A DNA stretch of 64,000 nt from Eledone cirrhosa (lineage: Eukaryota): NCBI GenBank assembly GCA_964016885.1, contig OZ024750.1:25296001-25360000 (forward strand), given 5' to 3'. Shown here piece after piece: positions 26,490-39,330 of the stretch (positions are counted from its first letter, which is position 1; each line of letters opens with the position of its first letter). The translations under genes and the position numbers were made by a program. Under the pieces are notes generated by a model. That model worked only from the letters and a program-made list of their open reading frames with translations. It was not told where the DNA came from and searched no databases.

Positions 26490-26790
26490 TCCCGTAACTC
26501 CTGGTAGAGTCATAGGGGTTCCATATTGACATACAGTGTTTCTTGGGCAGAGCCCATTCCACTCCAGACCTGAGTACAGCAGATTTCTTCCAGAGAAAGA
26601 TAGAAAGTGGGAGAGAGGAAATGAGAAAGAATCCACCCCAGTACTAGACTGGTACTTTTCTTTTTATCGACCTCCAAAGGATGAAAGGCAAAGTTGACCT
26701 TGACTGGATTTTAACTCAGAGAGCAGAGAGCTGGAACGAATACCATAAAGCATTCTATCTGACATTCTTAACGACTGCCAATTCCCCACC
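26490..26790 (-). mobile_element. SINE family 1-related element with an extended tail
   Basis: Inverted homolog at 27895-28140 and a third copy at ~39393-39670. Confidence 0.75.
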
Positions 26791-27894
26791 TATGGACATC
26801 ATTAGGTTAAGTGTATATGTCTAACACAATTTGTTGATATCTCAATTCCTTCCAAATGATACAACACAGTGTGTTTGATGAGATACAAACTCTTCATTAG
26901 TTTCTGCCTGGTGGTAAAATGTGTAACTAATAGTTATATGTAACTAATAGTTATACAGTATACAATTATGAGCTTTGAAATACATGTCTTTTTCGAGACA
27001 AGATAACTTTTACTTGGTTGTTAGAAATAACAGCTAAATTTCCTTGAAAAGGGGAGCAGACACACTGAGTAATCTAGTTGTAGGTTTTTAATGACTAAGA
27101 GAAGGGTGAGGTAGTCATGGCTGTAACACCTTTGATAATATACTTTGTCAGGAATGAACTAGGGGTAAATGAACAATGTTGTCATTTGATCATCCGTCGA
27201 AATAGATTTGATAATTTCTATTCACTTCATTGATAATTACATAATATTCAAATGAGATAATTCTTAATTTTAATTTTATCTATTTATTCTTCAGATCAGT
27301 TGAAGATGTGAAGTAGACATGAATGACTTGAGGGATTCATTTTCCGATGACTTTCATCTATTGCAGATGTTGCAAAAATATTCATAGAACTGTCCATCTG
27401 AGACACCTTGCTTCAATATATTATTGATATATCTCTTTTATCTTTGTTATTTAAACACCTTGTTTCTATATATTACTGAAATACATCTTATATCGTAATG
27501 GTGGACAGCCAACGGGTTAAATCAATTTGACATGTTTCTCTTGTAAGTTGTTGATGATATATGTTAAAAAGAAAATTGTACGTGGACATGAATAAATGTA
27601 AGATGGTAGGTTTCGTGCTGTTAATGTAATAATTGCTCATGCGTGTGTTTTAATAATTGTTCAAGCGTATGTTTCTAAAATGTTGTATGTTATGATGGTG
27701 TATTGTTCAGAAACATCATATAATAAGTTACATAGTCAACTTTTATAGATACAAGTTAAACCTTGTTAATTCTAGAATCACCGGTCTAACAGCTTCGATA
27801 TAATTTGAACCCCGCTTATTGGTCGAATTACTGGTCTAGCAGCTTCAATACAAGTTAAAACTTGCTAATTCTAAAATCACTAGACTAGTAGCTT

Positions 27895-28140
27895 TTAGTT
27901 CAAATCCCGCTGAGGTCAACTTCGTTTTTCATCCTTTTGAGGTTGATAAAAAAAGTACCAGTCTAGTACTGGGGTGGATTCTTTCTCATTTCCTCTCTCT
28001 CTCTCACGTTCTATCTTTCTCTGGAAGAAATCTGCTGTACTCAGACCTGGAGAGGGATGGGCTCTGCTAGGCTTAAAATTTCCAAGAAACCCAGTATGTC
28101 GCTATGATGTCTCTACGGTTCCACTAAGAATTACGGGTCT
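27895..28140 (+). mobile_element. SINE family 1-related element with an extended tail
   Basis: GTTCAAATCCCGCTGAGGTCAAC...AGTACCAGTCTAGTACTGGGGTGGATTCTTTCTCATTTCC... Confidence 0.75.
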
Positions 28141-28346
28141 AGTAACAGAAACAACTGAAGATGCCATCGCCTCTCCTCTAAAATGTGGTATATTGATGAT
28201 AGTGTTGTGTGCAGAATCGATAACATATGATGTTAAGAAAGAAAGAGAGAAAATAGTGAAAATGTTTTGACAGAGGTTGACACAGAAAATAAGAAGGTTA
28301 TAACAACCAGAAACATTAACAGATAATAGCCAACATTGATTTAGAT

Positions 28347-29886
28347 CACAGGTTCTCAACCCATTTGTCCCTTGAAATCACGAAACGCCCCCCCCCCCCC
28401 TCCCTCCTTTCCATTTTTCAATATACTACTGATTTTTATATCAGTAGATTACTAAAAAATTGATTAACAATATTCCAAAGATGTGTGTATTATCTGATTA
28501 TGTGTTGTATGTGGTCCTAGATGTGTGTATTATCTGATTATGTGTTGTATGTGGTCCTAGATGTGTGTATTATCTGATTATGTGTTGTATGTGGTCCTAG
28601 ATGTGTGTATTATCTGATTATGTGTTGTATGTGGTCCTAGATGTGTGTATTATCTGATTATGTGTTGTATGTGGTCCTAGATGTGTGTATTATCTGATTA
28701 TGTGTTGTATGTGGTCCTAGATGTGTGTATTATCTGATTATGTGTTGTATGTGGTCCTAGATGTGTGTATTATCTGATTATGTGTTGTATGTGGTCCTAG
28801 ATGTGTGTATTATCTGATTATGTGTTGTATGTGGTCCTAGATGTGTGTATTATCTGATTATGTGTTGTATGTGGTCCTAGATGTGTGTATTATCTGATTA
28901 TGTGTTGTATGTGGTCCTAGATGTGTGTATTATCTGATTATGTGTTGTATGTGGTCCTAGATATGTGTATTATCTGATTATGTGTTGTATGTGGTCCTAG
29001 ATGTGTGTATTATCTGATTATGTGTTGTATGTGGTCCTAGATGTGTGTATTATCTGATTATGTGTTGTATGTGGTCCTAGATGTGTGTATTATCTGATTA
29101 TGTGTTGTATGTGGTCCTAGATATGTGTATTATCTGATTATGTGTTGTATGTGGTCCTAGATGTGTGTATTATCTGATTATGTGTTGTATGTGGTCCTAG
29201 ATGTGTGTATTATCTGATTATGTGTTGTATGTGGTCCTAGATGTGTGTATTATCTGATTATGTGTTGCATGTGGTCCTAGATGTGTGTATTATCTGATTA
29301 TGTGTTGTATGTGGTCCTAGATGTGTGTATTATCTGATTATGTGTTGTATGTGGTCCTAGATGTGTGTGCTACTCGCTTCTGTTTTTTCTTTTCTTTTTT
29401 TTATTTGTAATATTATTTATACAATAGGGAATAAAATAGATCTACAGAAGTGTTAACTCGTTGCGGTTGAGTCAATAATTTCAGACATGAAATACATTGT
29501 TATCGGTGAAGGAAAGATAAGATTCTAATTGGCTGTGCTCAAAGTGTCCTTGACCTGTTGACTGTGGGTTTTTCCATTTTTAGGATCTCAATTACCGGTT
29601 AACGTCTCAATTACCAGACATGCCTGCACACCTGCGGTCAGACTATAGTTATGCTGTCTGCAAGCTCATTCAAATGCATTCACACAGGCTGTCTCAAAGA
29701 CATACAAATATGGCTTATAAAACTTACCAAAATAAAGGCCTTCCAGCGCCCCCTAACCCCTCCCCCCTCCCCCAGCTCCAAACGCCCCCCCCCCCCCCCC
29801 CCCAACGCGACCTTGCTCCCAAACGCCCCCCCTGGAGTTCTGAAACGCTCCCCGGGGGTGCATATGCCCCCCGTTGAGAACCTTTG
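28347..29886 (+). mobile_element. Non-autonomous hAT (Charlie-like) DNA transposon carrying a satellite
   Basis: TIRs CACAGGTTCTCAAC / GTTGAGAACCTTTG and a perfect 8-bp TSD ATTTAGAT at 28339-28346 and 29887-29894. Confidence 0.85.
28481..29368. repeat. 40-bp near-perfect tandem repeat (~22 copies)
   Basis: ATGTGTGTATTATCTGATTATGTGTTGTATGTGGTCCTAG, with only three variant positions seen. Confidence 0.98.
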
Positions 29887-30258
29887 ATTTAGATTGACAG
29901 GAGAATCAAATATATAGTGGATTTACAATAAAAGTTAAGGTGAATATATGGTTGCTGTTATTTCTAGTTTTGGGGCAATATTCCACAGGTAGCTATGGAC
30001 ATATCTTCTTTTCCCTTCAGCTCACCTATTTTTATTAATCTATTTATTTTTATGTCAGTCCAGTAAACTAATCATGTAACAGTGTATACAATATATATAT
30101 CTATATATCTATATCTATATCTATATCTATATATATATATTATAATGGCTTCTACAGGACTAGAATTGTTTCATTCAAAGAAAATCATCAGGAAAGGTAT
30201 ATATATAGAATAAGAAAATACAAAGTAGTTTCAGATGTTAAAGTCCTTTATTGATAAG

Positions 30259-30333
30259 GCTGTGATACATATTTCAATGACGACAGTGGCCACACAATTC
30301 CGCTTAACCTGTGCCATGATCTCATCAGACAGC
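30259..30333 (-). ncRNA. Minimal type-I hammerhead ribozyme
   Basis: Minus strand: GCTGT-CTGATGA-GATCATGGCA...TGTCGTCATT-GAAA-TATGTA-TC|ACAGC. Stem I is 5 bp, with an AUC cleavage triplet. Confidence 0.65.
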
Positions 30334-31269
30334 TTCTTACATAATAAGGTTACGTTCTTGAGGTAATCCAAATTAAAACAAGGAAACGGACCAAGATGAT
30401 GTTCTTGAAGCCTTTTCCCCTGTTCCTTTGTGAGCCCTAATTCACCTTTGTGAGCCCTAATTCACCTTTGTGAGCCCCAATTCACCTTTGTGCAAGCGCA
30501 ATATATATATATTTATATTTATAATGTAAACTGCTTCAATACAGATGTTTGACTATGAAATCTACTCCAAAAAGTTGAGCGTATTAGCTTCAAGAGACGG
30601 GAAAAGATGGACAGTAAATAAATTGGTTTTGGTAATCCCCCGTTTTCAGATCACAAAGGACTGCCATTTTGTTTAGTGAGTGAAAATGACAATTTGTTTT
30701 TTTTTAAATTTTATCAGCATAATTCTTTATCTATATTGACTAAAAATGTATTTCTGCCAAATAAACATAAAAGAGTTATGAGAAAACAAATCAGGTGGGG
30801 ACAATACACCATGTTGTCTTATATATATATATATATAACAAAGGAATTGTGGTAAGGAACCAGATGGACTATATATATATATATATCATCATCATCATTT
30901 TACGTCCGCTTTTCCCTGCTTGCAAGGGTGGGACGGGAACAATGCAAAATTGATAGTGGATTTTGAAATAAATTGAAGGCTGTTGCTGTGTTACTTGTTA
31001 TTTCATTTACCTATATCCGACAGGTAAATATATATATATATATATATATATACACAAATTTTAGTACAGCATTAACGAAGCTTTAGGCTGCGGCTAAGCT
31101 AACGAATGCAAATTCGGAATGTAGCTTTAGCACTCGGTGGAGAATAATACCCCAGAGTAATAACAATACGTTTAGACAGCTTTGCAAATCAAATATAGCG
31201 GTCGGCAGTCCAGCTGCATTGCCATAGCAACGAAAAAGACTGGACTCAGGAACAGATTTATATATATGT

Positions 31270-31301
<32 letters not shown>

Positions 31302-31312
31302 ATATATATATG

Positions 31313-31358
<46 letters not shown>

Positions 31359-31367
31359 ATATATATA

Positions 31368-31470
<103 letters not shown>

Positions 31471-32255
31471 CAATATATTAACAAATGGAAACTATATTTA
31501 TAAAACCATATTTATTTCATTATACATATTTCAAGGGCCACCTGAGCAAACTATGGTGCGCTTTCATCAGATAAAATATAATATAGGTTAGTTTTATAAA
31601 TAAATATTGACATACCCTTAAAAAATGCAACCATTCTGGTTGGAATCTCCTGGATTTTTTAAGGGTATGTCAATATTTATTTATAAAACTAACCTATATT
31701 ATATTTTATCTGATGAAAGCGCACCATAGTTTGCTTAGGTGGCCCTTGAAATATGTATAATGAAATAAATGTGGTTTTATAAATATAGTTTCCATTTGTT
31801 AATATATTGTATATATATATGGAGGCACATGGCTTAGTGGTTAGAGCATTGACCTTGCAATCGAAAGGTTGTGAGTTCAATTCTCAGACCGGGTGATGTG
31901 TTGTTTCCTTGAGCAAGACACTTTATTTCACATTGCTCCAGTTTACTCAGCTGTAGAAATGAGATGATAGAGACTGGGGTCCATATCATTCCACTGCAAA
32001 GTGGTCGTGGAGGTGCCATGGCAAAAAAGCACCCAGCACTCACTGTAAATTAGGTTGGTGTTAGGAAGGGCATCCAGCTGTAGAAATCAAGCCAGAATCA
32101 GTTCCCGTCCCACCCTTGCAAGCAGGGAAAAGTGGACGTAAAATGATGATGATGATGATGATGATGATTTACTCCAATAATTTGTTGAGTGCTTTATATC
32201 AGTTATAAAAATATTTTGCTTGTTGTATCCCAACAAATTAAATATAACCTCTACA
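31471..32255. mobile_element. Family A fold-back element, interrupted by a SINE
   Basis: Inverted arms at 31471-31625 and 31655-31810, with hammerheads at 31513-31578 (-) and 31702-31767 (+). The remainder (32168-32255) is the reverse complement of 17727-17812. Confidence 0.8.
31821..32168 (+). mobile_element. tRNA-CORE SINE with RTE-related 3' half, family 2, full length
   Basis: tRNA head (A-box TGGCTTAGTGG, B-box GAGTTCAATTC), CORE-like CCTTGAGCAAGACACTTTATTTCACATTGCTCCAGTTTACTCAGCTGTAGAAATG, GGAAGGGCATCCAGCTGTAGAAA block, and (GAT)n tail. Confidence 0.93.
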
Positions 32256-32310
32256 TATATATATATATATTTAATATAGAAATGGCTTCTACAGGACTAG
32301 AACTGTTTCA

Positions 32311-33711
32311 TGGTGTTATGCAGTAATACAGAAGACCCGAGTTCCCACAGGTACAAGTCGAAGATGAAGCATATAGACAATATGTCCCCACCTCTCCCAC
32401 TGCAAAGTGGTCTTGGAGGTGTCATGACAAAAAAAGCACCCAGTACTCATTGTAAATGACCCCTACACCACCCTCCCACACCCCCTTACTTTGTAAAGTT
32501 ATGTTGGCATCACAAAAACATCCAGCCCACACTGTAAAGTGGTTGTGTAGGTGTCACAACAAAAAGCACACAGCCTATACTGTAAAGTAGTCTTGTAGGA
32601 GACACTGCAAAAAGCGCCCAGTCAACACTAAAGTGGTTGTGTAGGAAACACTGCAAAAAGCATCCAGCCTACACTGAAAAGAGGTTGTGTAGGAGACACT
32701 GCAAAAAGCACCCAGCCCAGACTGTAAAGTGGTCGTATAAGAGACACTGCAAAAAGCACCCAACCCACACTGTAAAGTGGTCGTGTAGGGGACACTGCAA
32801 AAAGCGCCCAGCCTACACTGAAAAGTGGTCGTGTAGGTGTCACAACAAAAAGCACCCAGCCCACACTGTAAAGTGGTCGTGTAGGTGTCACAACAAAAAG
32901 CAGCCAGCACACACTGTAAAGTGGTCGTGTAGGTATCACAACAAAAAGCAGCCAGCACACACTATAAAGTGGTCGTGTAGGTGTCACAACAAAAAGCACC
33001 CAGCCCACACTGTAAAGTGGTTGTTTAGGTGTCACAACTAAAAGCAGCCAGCCCACATTGTAAAGTGGTCGTGTAGGTGTCACAACAAAAAGCACACAGC
33101 CTACACTGTAAAGTGGTCGTGTAGGTGTCACAACAAAAAGCACCCAGCACACATTGTAAAGTGGTCGTGTAGGTGTCACAACAAAAAGCAGCCAGCACAC
33201 ACTGTAAAGTGGTCGTGTAGGAGACACTGCAAAAAGCGCCTAGCACACACTGTAAAGATGTCGTGTAGGTGTCACAACAAAAAGCAGCCAGCACACACTG
33301 TAAAGTGGTCGTGTAGGTGTCACAACAAAAAGCACCCAGCACACACTGTAAAGTGGTCGTGTAGGTGTCACAACAAAAAGCAGCCAGCACACACTGTAAA
33401 GTGGTCGTGTAGGAGACACTGGAAAAAGCTCCCAGCACACATTGTAAAGTGGTCGTGTAAGAGACACTGGAAAAAGCGCCCAGCACACACTGTAAAGTGG
33501 TCGTGTAGGAGACACTGGAAAAAGCGCCCAGCACACACTGTAAATGTAGTTGGCGTTAGGAAGGGCATCTAACTAGAAATCCTGCCAGAAACAGCCCTAC
33601 ATGAGCAAAACACGGTCACCTGACCCAACTTGCCTCAAATGGGACAAACATGTCAAACCCATGCTAGCGTGGAAAATAGATGTTAAACGATGATGATGAT
33701 GATGATGATGA
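32311..33711 (+). mobile_element. RTE 3' fragment with an internally expanded 48-bp minisatellite
   Basis: The start matches the RTE ORF end (GCAGTAATACAGAAGACCC, cf. 17259). About 22 units of 48 bp lie at ~32490-33545, followed by the GGAAGGGCATC block and a (GAT)n tail. Confidence 0.85.
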
Positions 33712-34026
33712 TATGTAAATACATCATACAAAAGAGAGAGTATATGGAGGATTTTTCTGTTGCTGATGAGATAAATATTGTGGTAAACACAATAATACAA
33801 ATAACACACAAAACACATGTATATACACATATAGAAAGGGATTGATAAACACACATGTGTATGTGCACACATACACACGGACAAACATATATCTCTTTTC
33901 TCTTCTCTGCTGCTCTGTTTGGCTCTTTATCATATTCTTTCTCTTTTGTATATATATATATATATATGTTGATTTAAAACTTCACTATTCACAATGTTTT
34001 TTAACCTTCATATCATGTATCCCTAT

Positions 34027-34091
34027 TTTATCTGATGAAAACGCAGATGTCATCTCATGATGATATTTGTTTTTGAAATGCGCATAATAAA
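34027..34091 (+). ncRNA. Minimal type-I hammerhead ribozyme
   Basis: TTTAT-CTGATGA-[16-position stem II, 15 paired including G-U, loop TCAT]-GAAA-TGCGCA-TA|ATAAA. Stem III is the palindrome ATGCGCAT. Confidence 0.78.
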
Positions 34092-34115
34092 CTCTTTTAA
34101 CCATCTTTTGATCTT

Positions 34116-34153
<38 letters not shown>

Positions 34154-34676
34154 TTCATATATATGTATATTTATATATACATACATATGTATACATATAT
34201 AAATATACACATGTTCAAATATATATCTATATTTATATATACATATATAAATATACACATATATTCATATATATGATTATACACACACACACACACACAT
34301 ATATATATACACATATTCATATACATGTATATTTATATATATACATATAAACATATAAACACACACATACATACATACATACATACATGCATACATACAT
34401 ACATACATACATACATACATACATACCTACATACATACATACCTACATACATACATACATACATATGTATACAATGACAGTTTAAAATACTTCATAATAG
34501 TTTCTATAAGACTTGTAAGTAAATATTAAAAAAATGTTTCAATTAAAAAAAAATAAATAAATAAAATAAAAAAACCGGGGTGGCAGGTAAAAAAACAAAA
34601 CAAAATAAAAACAAAAAATAAAACCAATAGATAATGAATTAAAATATATTATTTAGAAAATAATAAGTCTACTTAC

Positions 34677-34698
34677 GTTGAGAATAAAGTGCAGTAAT
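34677..34698 (-). other. Putative non-coding first exon (~22 nt)
   Basis: Begins at an Inr-like GC(A)TT, 30 nt downstream of TATAAA, and ends at CAAC|GTAAGT. Confidence 0.62.
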
Positions 34699-34780
34699 GC
34701 AGTGTGTGTTAATAGCAGTGCATTTATAGAGATGCTGTTTGCGTCAATCATTGATGACGTCAGCACAAGCAACCAATCAA
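34699..34780 (-). promoter_or_regulatory. Pol II promoter: CCAAT box, full CRE, half CRE, TATA
   Basis: CCAAT at 34773-34777, palindromic TGACGTCA at 34755-34762, TGACG at 34746-34742 and TATAAA at 34728-34723, all in canonical order and spacing on the minus strand. Confidence 0.75.
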
Positions 34781-34950
34781 AACAACTACAAGCTATTGTA
34801 ATATCAACTGAGAGTTGATGGCTTTGCGTGGTTTCACGGTAGGATTAGCTTTGGAGCAAACAATTTAGTTTTTTTCTCAGTTTTTTTTTGTTTTCCCCGT
34901 AAATATCAAACGTTTTGTTGATAATTTTGTTGCTAACTTAGTGTGTGCCC

Positions 34951-35009
<59 letters not shown>

Positions 35010-35137
35010 AAACTCATTCTTTGATGTATTCATTGAACCTTGTTTAACTTTTAAATGTATCTATGTAAGTATGTATGTATGTATGTATGTATGTATAGAT
35101 ATATATATATATGTGTGTGTGTGTGTATGTATATATA

Positions 35138-35170
<33 letters not shown>

Positions 35171-35679
35171 GTGTGTGTGTATGTATATATATATGCCGCG
35201 CGGGTTTATGTACGTGTGCGCGTGTTTATATGTACGTGCATGTATATGCATGCATGAAGGGTGTTTTAGCCTATGCATATATATATGTACGTATATAGAT
35301 GTGTGTATGTATAATATATTTAATTATTATTACTTTTATGATTTTAATAATCTCTGTGATTTTCGTTCTACAAATTTATTTACATGAGGTTAACTTTGCC
35401 TTTCATCCTTACGGGGTCGATAAAATAAAGTACCAGTAATACACTGGGATAATTGCTGGCTTTGTGCCAAAAGTAGAAACAATTATTCTTAACTCTGAAG
35501 GCGAGAATCATTCGGTTTCCTAAATAGAATACGACTCCATTTATACCATAAACGTGGTTTTGCCTTTGCGTGTATTTAATCTCATAACTCCAAATAATGA
35601 CGTATTATCTTCGTTTTTTTCCGTTCGTTGCCAGGGAACGTCTTCACGAACCAAAGTATCGTCTTCCTGTTTTCTTTCG

Positions 35680-35978
<299 letters not shown>

Positions 35979-36102
35979 AAACAAACAGCCCGAATTACGC
36001 TGTACAGTGTTTAGGCAACCACGTCACCTTTTTGTTCAACACTGACACATTTAAGTAAGTGCCGACCTAAGAGTGAGAAATGAAATTTCGTTTCATTCTA
36101 TT

Positions 36103-36132
<30 letters not shown>

Positions 36133-36140
<8 letters not shown>

Positions 36141-36853
36141 AAGTGAGTCCTTCATCAGTGACCCTCCAACCGTCCTCGGCATTTCATCGCTTTAAGGGCC
36201 ATATGCCTCAGGTTGGTGCGAACAACGGCTAAAAAAAGTCGTTGGGACACGTAAATAAAGGGGGACGCTAGAGTAACAACAAAAAGGGTTTAAGCAACGG
36301 AAAGTGAGTAGAAATAGACAAGTCCCAGATCTCTATGAATATAAACTCTGTGAAATCGTGAACAAGAGACGAAAGACCATCGAACCTGGTAGAAATGTGA
36401 GCAAGGAAAGAATTTCGCCCAAGTTTGACGGGGGGAAAAAAGAGAGAGAGAGAGACAGAGAAAGGAGAGAAGAGGAAGAAGAAGAAGAAGAAGAAGAAGA
36501 AGATAAGGTGGTCTGGTCTGCGAATTCGGTAAACGCAAGTTTTGTGAAGTCACAGACGAAAGAGAGAGAGAAAAAAATTCCATACCAGCTCGGTCAAGAC
36601 TGCGCGAGAAAAGAATTACACACAGGTCAAACTTGAAGGAGGAGGAGGAGAGGTAGTGACAGAGAATGAGTGAGTGAAAGTTGAGGAGAGGGTAACAGAG
36701 GGAGACTGCTAGAAGTGGTAAAGATACAAGGAACGAAAGAGACAGGCAGCATGGAAAAGTAATATGTGTAAATATGATGATAATAATGGAGCTGCGGCGT
36801 TGCAAATGGGATACATATGAAAAAGTGAGTCCTTCATCAGTGACCCTCCAACC
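36133..36853 (-). mobile_element. Segment bounded by 39-bp direct repeats containing half a hammerhead (PLE remnant?)
   Basis: ATATGAAAAAGTGAGTCCTTCATCAGTGACCCTCCAACC at 36133-36171 and 36815-36853. The reverse complement contains CTGATGAAGGAC. Confidence 0.5.
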
Positions 36854-37903
36854 TATATATATATATGTGTGTGTGTGTGTGTGAGTCCCTGATTCAATCG
36901 TTGGTAACCACAGTAGGTAAGGTACTCAATACTTAGTAGAGTATATACAGCAACATTTAATATAGAAATGGCTTCTACAGGACTTGAACTGTTTCATTCA
37001 CAAATTTTTGCCAATAGAGAATGGAGTCGGTTTCTAACATGGACACAAGACTCTCTCATTGGAATTTACACAACATCAACTAGGTAGATATGTATGCATG
37101 CATGTGTATATATGGATGTTATTGTATGTGTGGATGTGTATGTTTTGAGTTTTATGTGTGCATGTGTATAATATACTTAGTATCTGTACATGTGTATATG
37201 CAGTTATTAGATGCAAAATTTTTGGAATGTTTTACATATGTATGTATGTGTGATATATCTTCCTTTTCTATATATATTATTGCTCTCATATTTACAGTAC
37301 CCCCCTCCAAACCGATTTCCTGTAACAACACATCACACTATCATTTTCTATTTTCCTTTTTCAGTAACCAATTCTTTCTCTGACTCTCATTTAACGACTT
37401 CTTTCTCTTTCTTTCCAGTAATGTATTCTTTCTCTTTCAAGCTTAACTGTTCTTTTCACTTCCATTTTCTCACCTTCGCCTCTCTGACCACCTTACCTGT
37501 CTTCTTTGTTAGTATTCCATTAGAAAAAAGCTTAGAAAGGTTGATTAATATTTTCTTTAATGTACAAATAAATTCTCTAGTCGATTATTTGCTTGATAAG
37601 ATAGTGAATACAGTGATAAATATATGAATATAATATAATATAATATAATATATTATAATATAATATTAGTATATATCATCATCATCATCGTCGTTTAACG
37701 CCCACCTTCCACGCTAGCATGGGCCAGACGGATTTGTTCCATTTGATGCGCGAATGGTCGGGAGACTGTCTCGCTTGTACAGAAGTGTCTCTGGCAGGTT
37801 TTTCTTTTTACAGCTGGATACCCTACCTAACACCAACCACATTTACAGTGTATGTGTATATATATATATATGTGTGTGTTGAAGCAGTGCCTGATAGACT
37901 TAA

Positions 37904-38111
37904 CCCTTTAGCATTTAAACCGGCCATATCTGGCCAGAATTCTTTCACCTCTTTCTCTTCAAACCAGTTGTAACCATCCACTCATACTGATGTTAAGGTA
38001 TCGTTCTCAAAATAAATCATATCAAAATCTCATAGATTCGGTATTATGTGAGATAAAACCTTTACCGTGAAAATATAATAGTAAATATAGAGTAATGTAA
38101 ATGCGAAAGGG
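37904..38111. mobile_element. TTAA-flanked MITE
   Basis: TTAA|CCCTTTAGCAT...ATGCGAAAGGG|TTAA, homologous to 13429-13604. Confidence 0.78.
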
Positions 38112-38511
38112 TTAAGGCTGTAATAAAGAAACGAGGTGGATTTATTGAATAATTGTTTTGCTGTAACATTGTTGAAAATGTTAAAAACTAGTGTGTAAGT
38201 TTTCAAGTAAATTGATTCAGATTTAGTTGAAATACATTGGTTAACCTTTGTAGCTGAACTTTTGGGTCACCCTGTAGTATAATATAATATAATATAGAAT
38301 AATATAGTATAATATAATATAATATAATATAGTATAATATAGTATAATATAATATAATATATTATAATATAGTATAATATAATATAATATAATAGATATA
38401 ATATAGTGTAATATAATATAATATAATATAATATAATATAATATAATATAATATAATATAATATAGTGTAATATAATATATAGTATAATATAATACAGTA
38501 CAATATAATAT

Positions 38512-38685
38512 AATTGTTTCTACTTTTGGCACAAGGCCATCAATTAACCAGTGCATTACTGGTACTTTATTTTATCGACCCCGTAAGGATGAAAGGCAAA
38601 GTTAACCTAGGCGGGATTTGAACTCAGAATGGCAAGGGCCGTAACTCTATGCATCAAAGCATGGCGTCCGACACTCTACCGATAA
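38512..38685 (-). mobile_element. SINE family 1 within an (ATATA)n tract
   Basis: Reverse-complement copy. Confidence 0.88.
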
Positions 38686-39140
38686 TATAGTATAATATTA
38701 ATCAACCTTAATCACACTATATCTATATAGAGCGATTGCCCACTTTAAAATATCTGAGATAGGTGTAACTTGATAAACAATAAATAAATCGTTATTCCGT
38801 AACATCCTGGCAGCCAGGAAATTGAATAGTCACCATAGTCAACGGCTTCAAGATCTCAAGTTGCTCAGATAACTGTATATAAATATACATAGATTTATTT
38901 GGTGAATGTACAGGTCTATCTTAGACAATAGTTCCCGTTGGTCATATAACTCTATATAAACACATTTATTTGATAGATCTATAAACATGTTTTCTTGCAA
39001 CCTGAGGACGATACTGGATGCACTGCGAAAGAACTGGCAAACGCTATGAGAGACAGAGATGGATGGAGGAAGCGTGTCGTAGAAAGCCGAGCAAGCTCGA
39101 CCTGATGATGATGATGATAAACATACATTATTTGATAGAT

Positions 39141-39330
39141 GGGCGGTGGATTGGCAGTATTGGTAGAGGGTCGGACGCCATGCTTTCCAGCATAGTTACG
39201 TCCCTTTACGATCTGAGTTCAAATCCCGCCGAGGTTGACTTTGCCTTTCATCCTTACGGGGTAGATAAAATAAAGTACCAGTAATGCACTGGGTAATTGC
39301 TGGCCTTGTGCCTAAAGTAGAAACAATTAT
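39141..39330 (+). mobile_element. SINE family 1, full length with TSD
   Basis: Flanked by the direct repeat ATTATTTGATAGAT at ~39127-39140 and ~39325-39339. Confidence 0.92.

Noticed and set aside
28481-29368. CRISPR-like regular repeat
   Set aside because: Head-to-tail 40-mers without spacers.
31821-31895. tRNA gene
   Set aside because: The acceptor stem does not pair and the sequence continues into the CORE domain, so it is a SINE head.
32575-33572. Cys-rich ORFs (CCDTYTTTLQC repeats)
   Set aside because: Translation of the 48-bp retroposon minisatellite.
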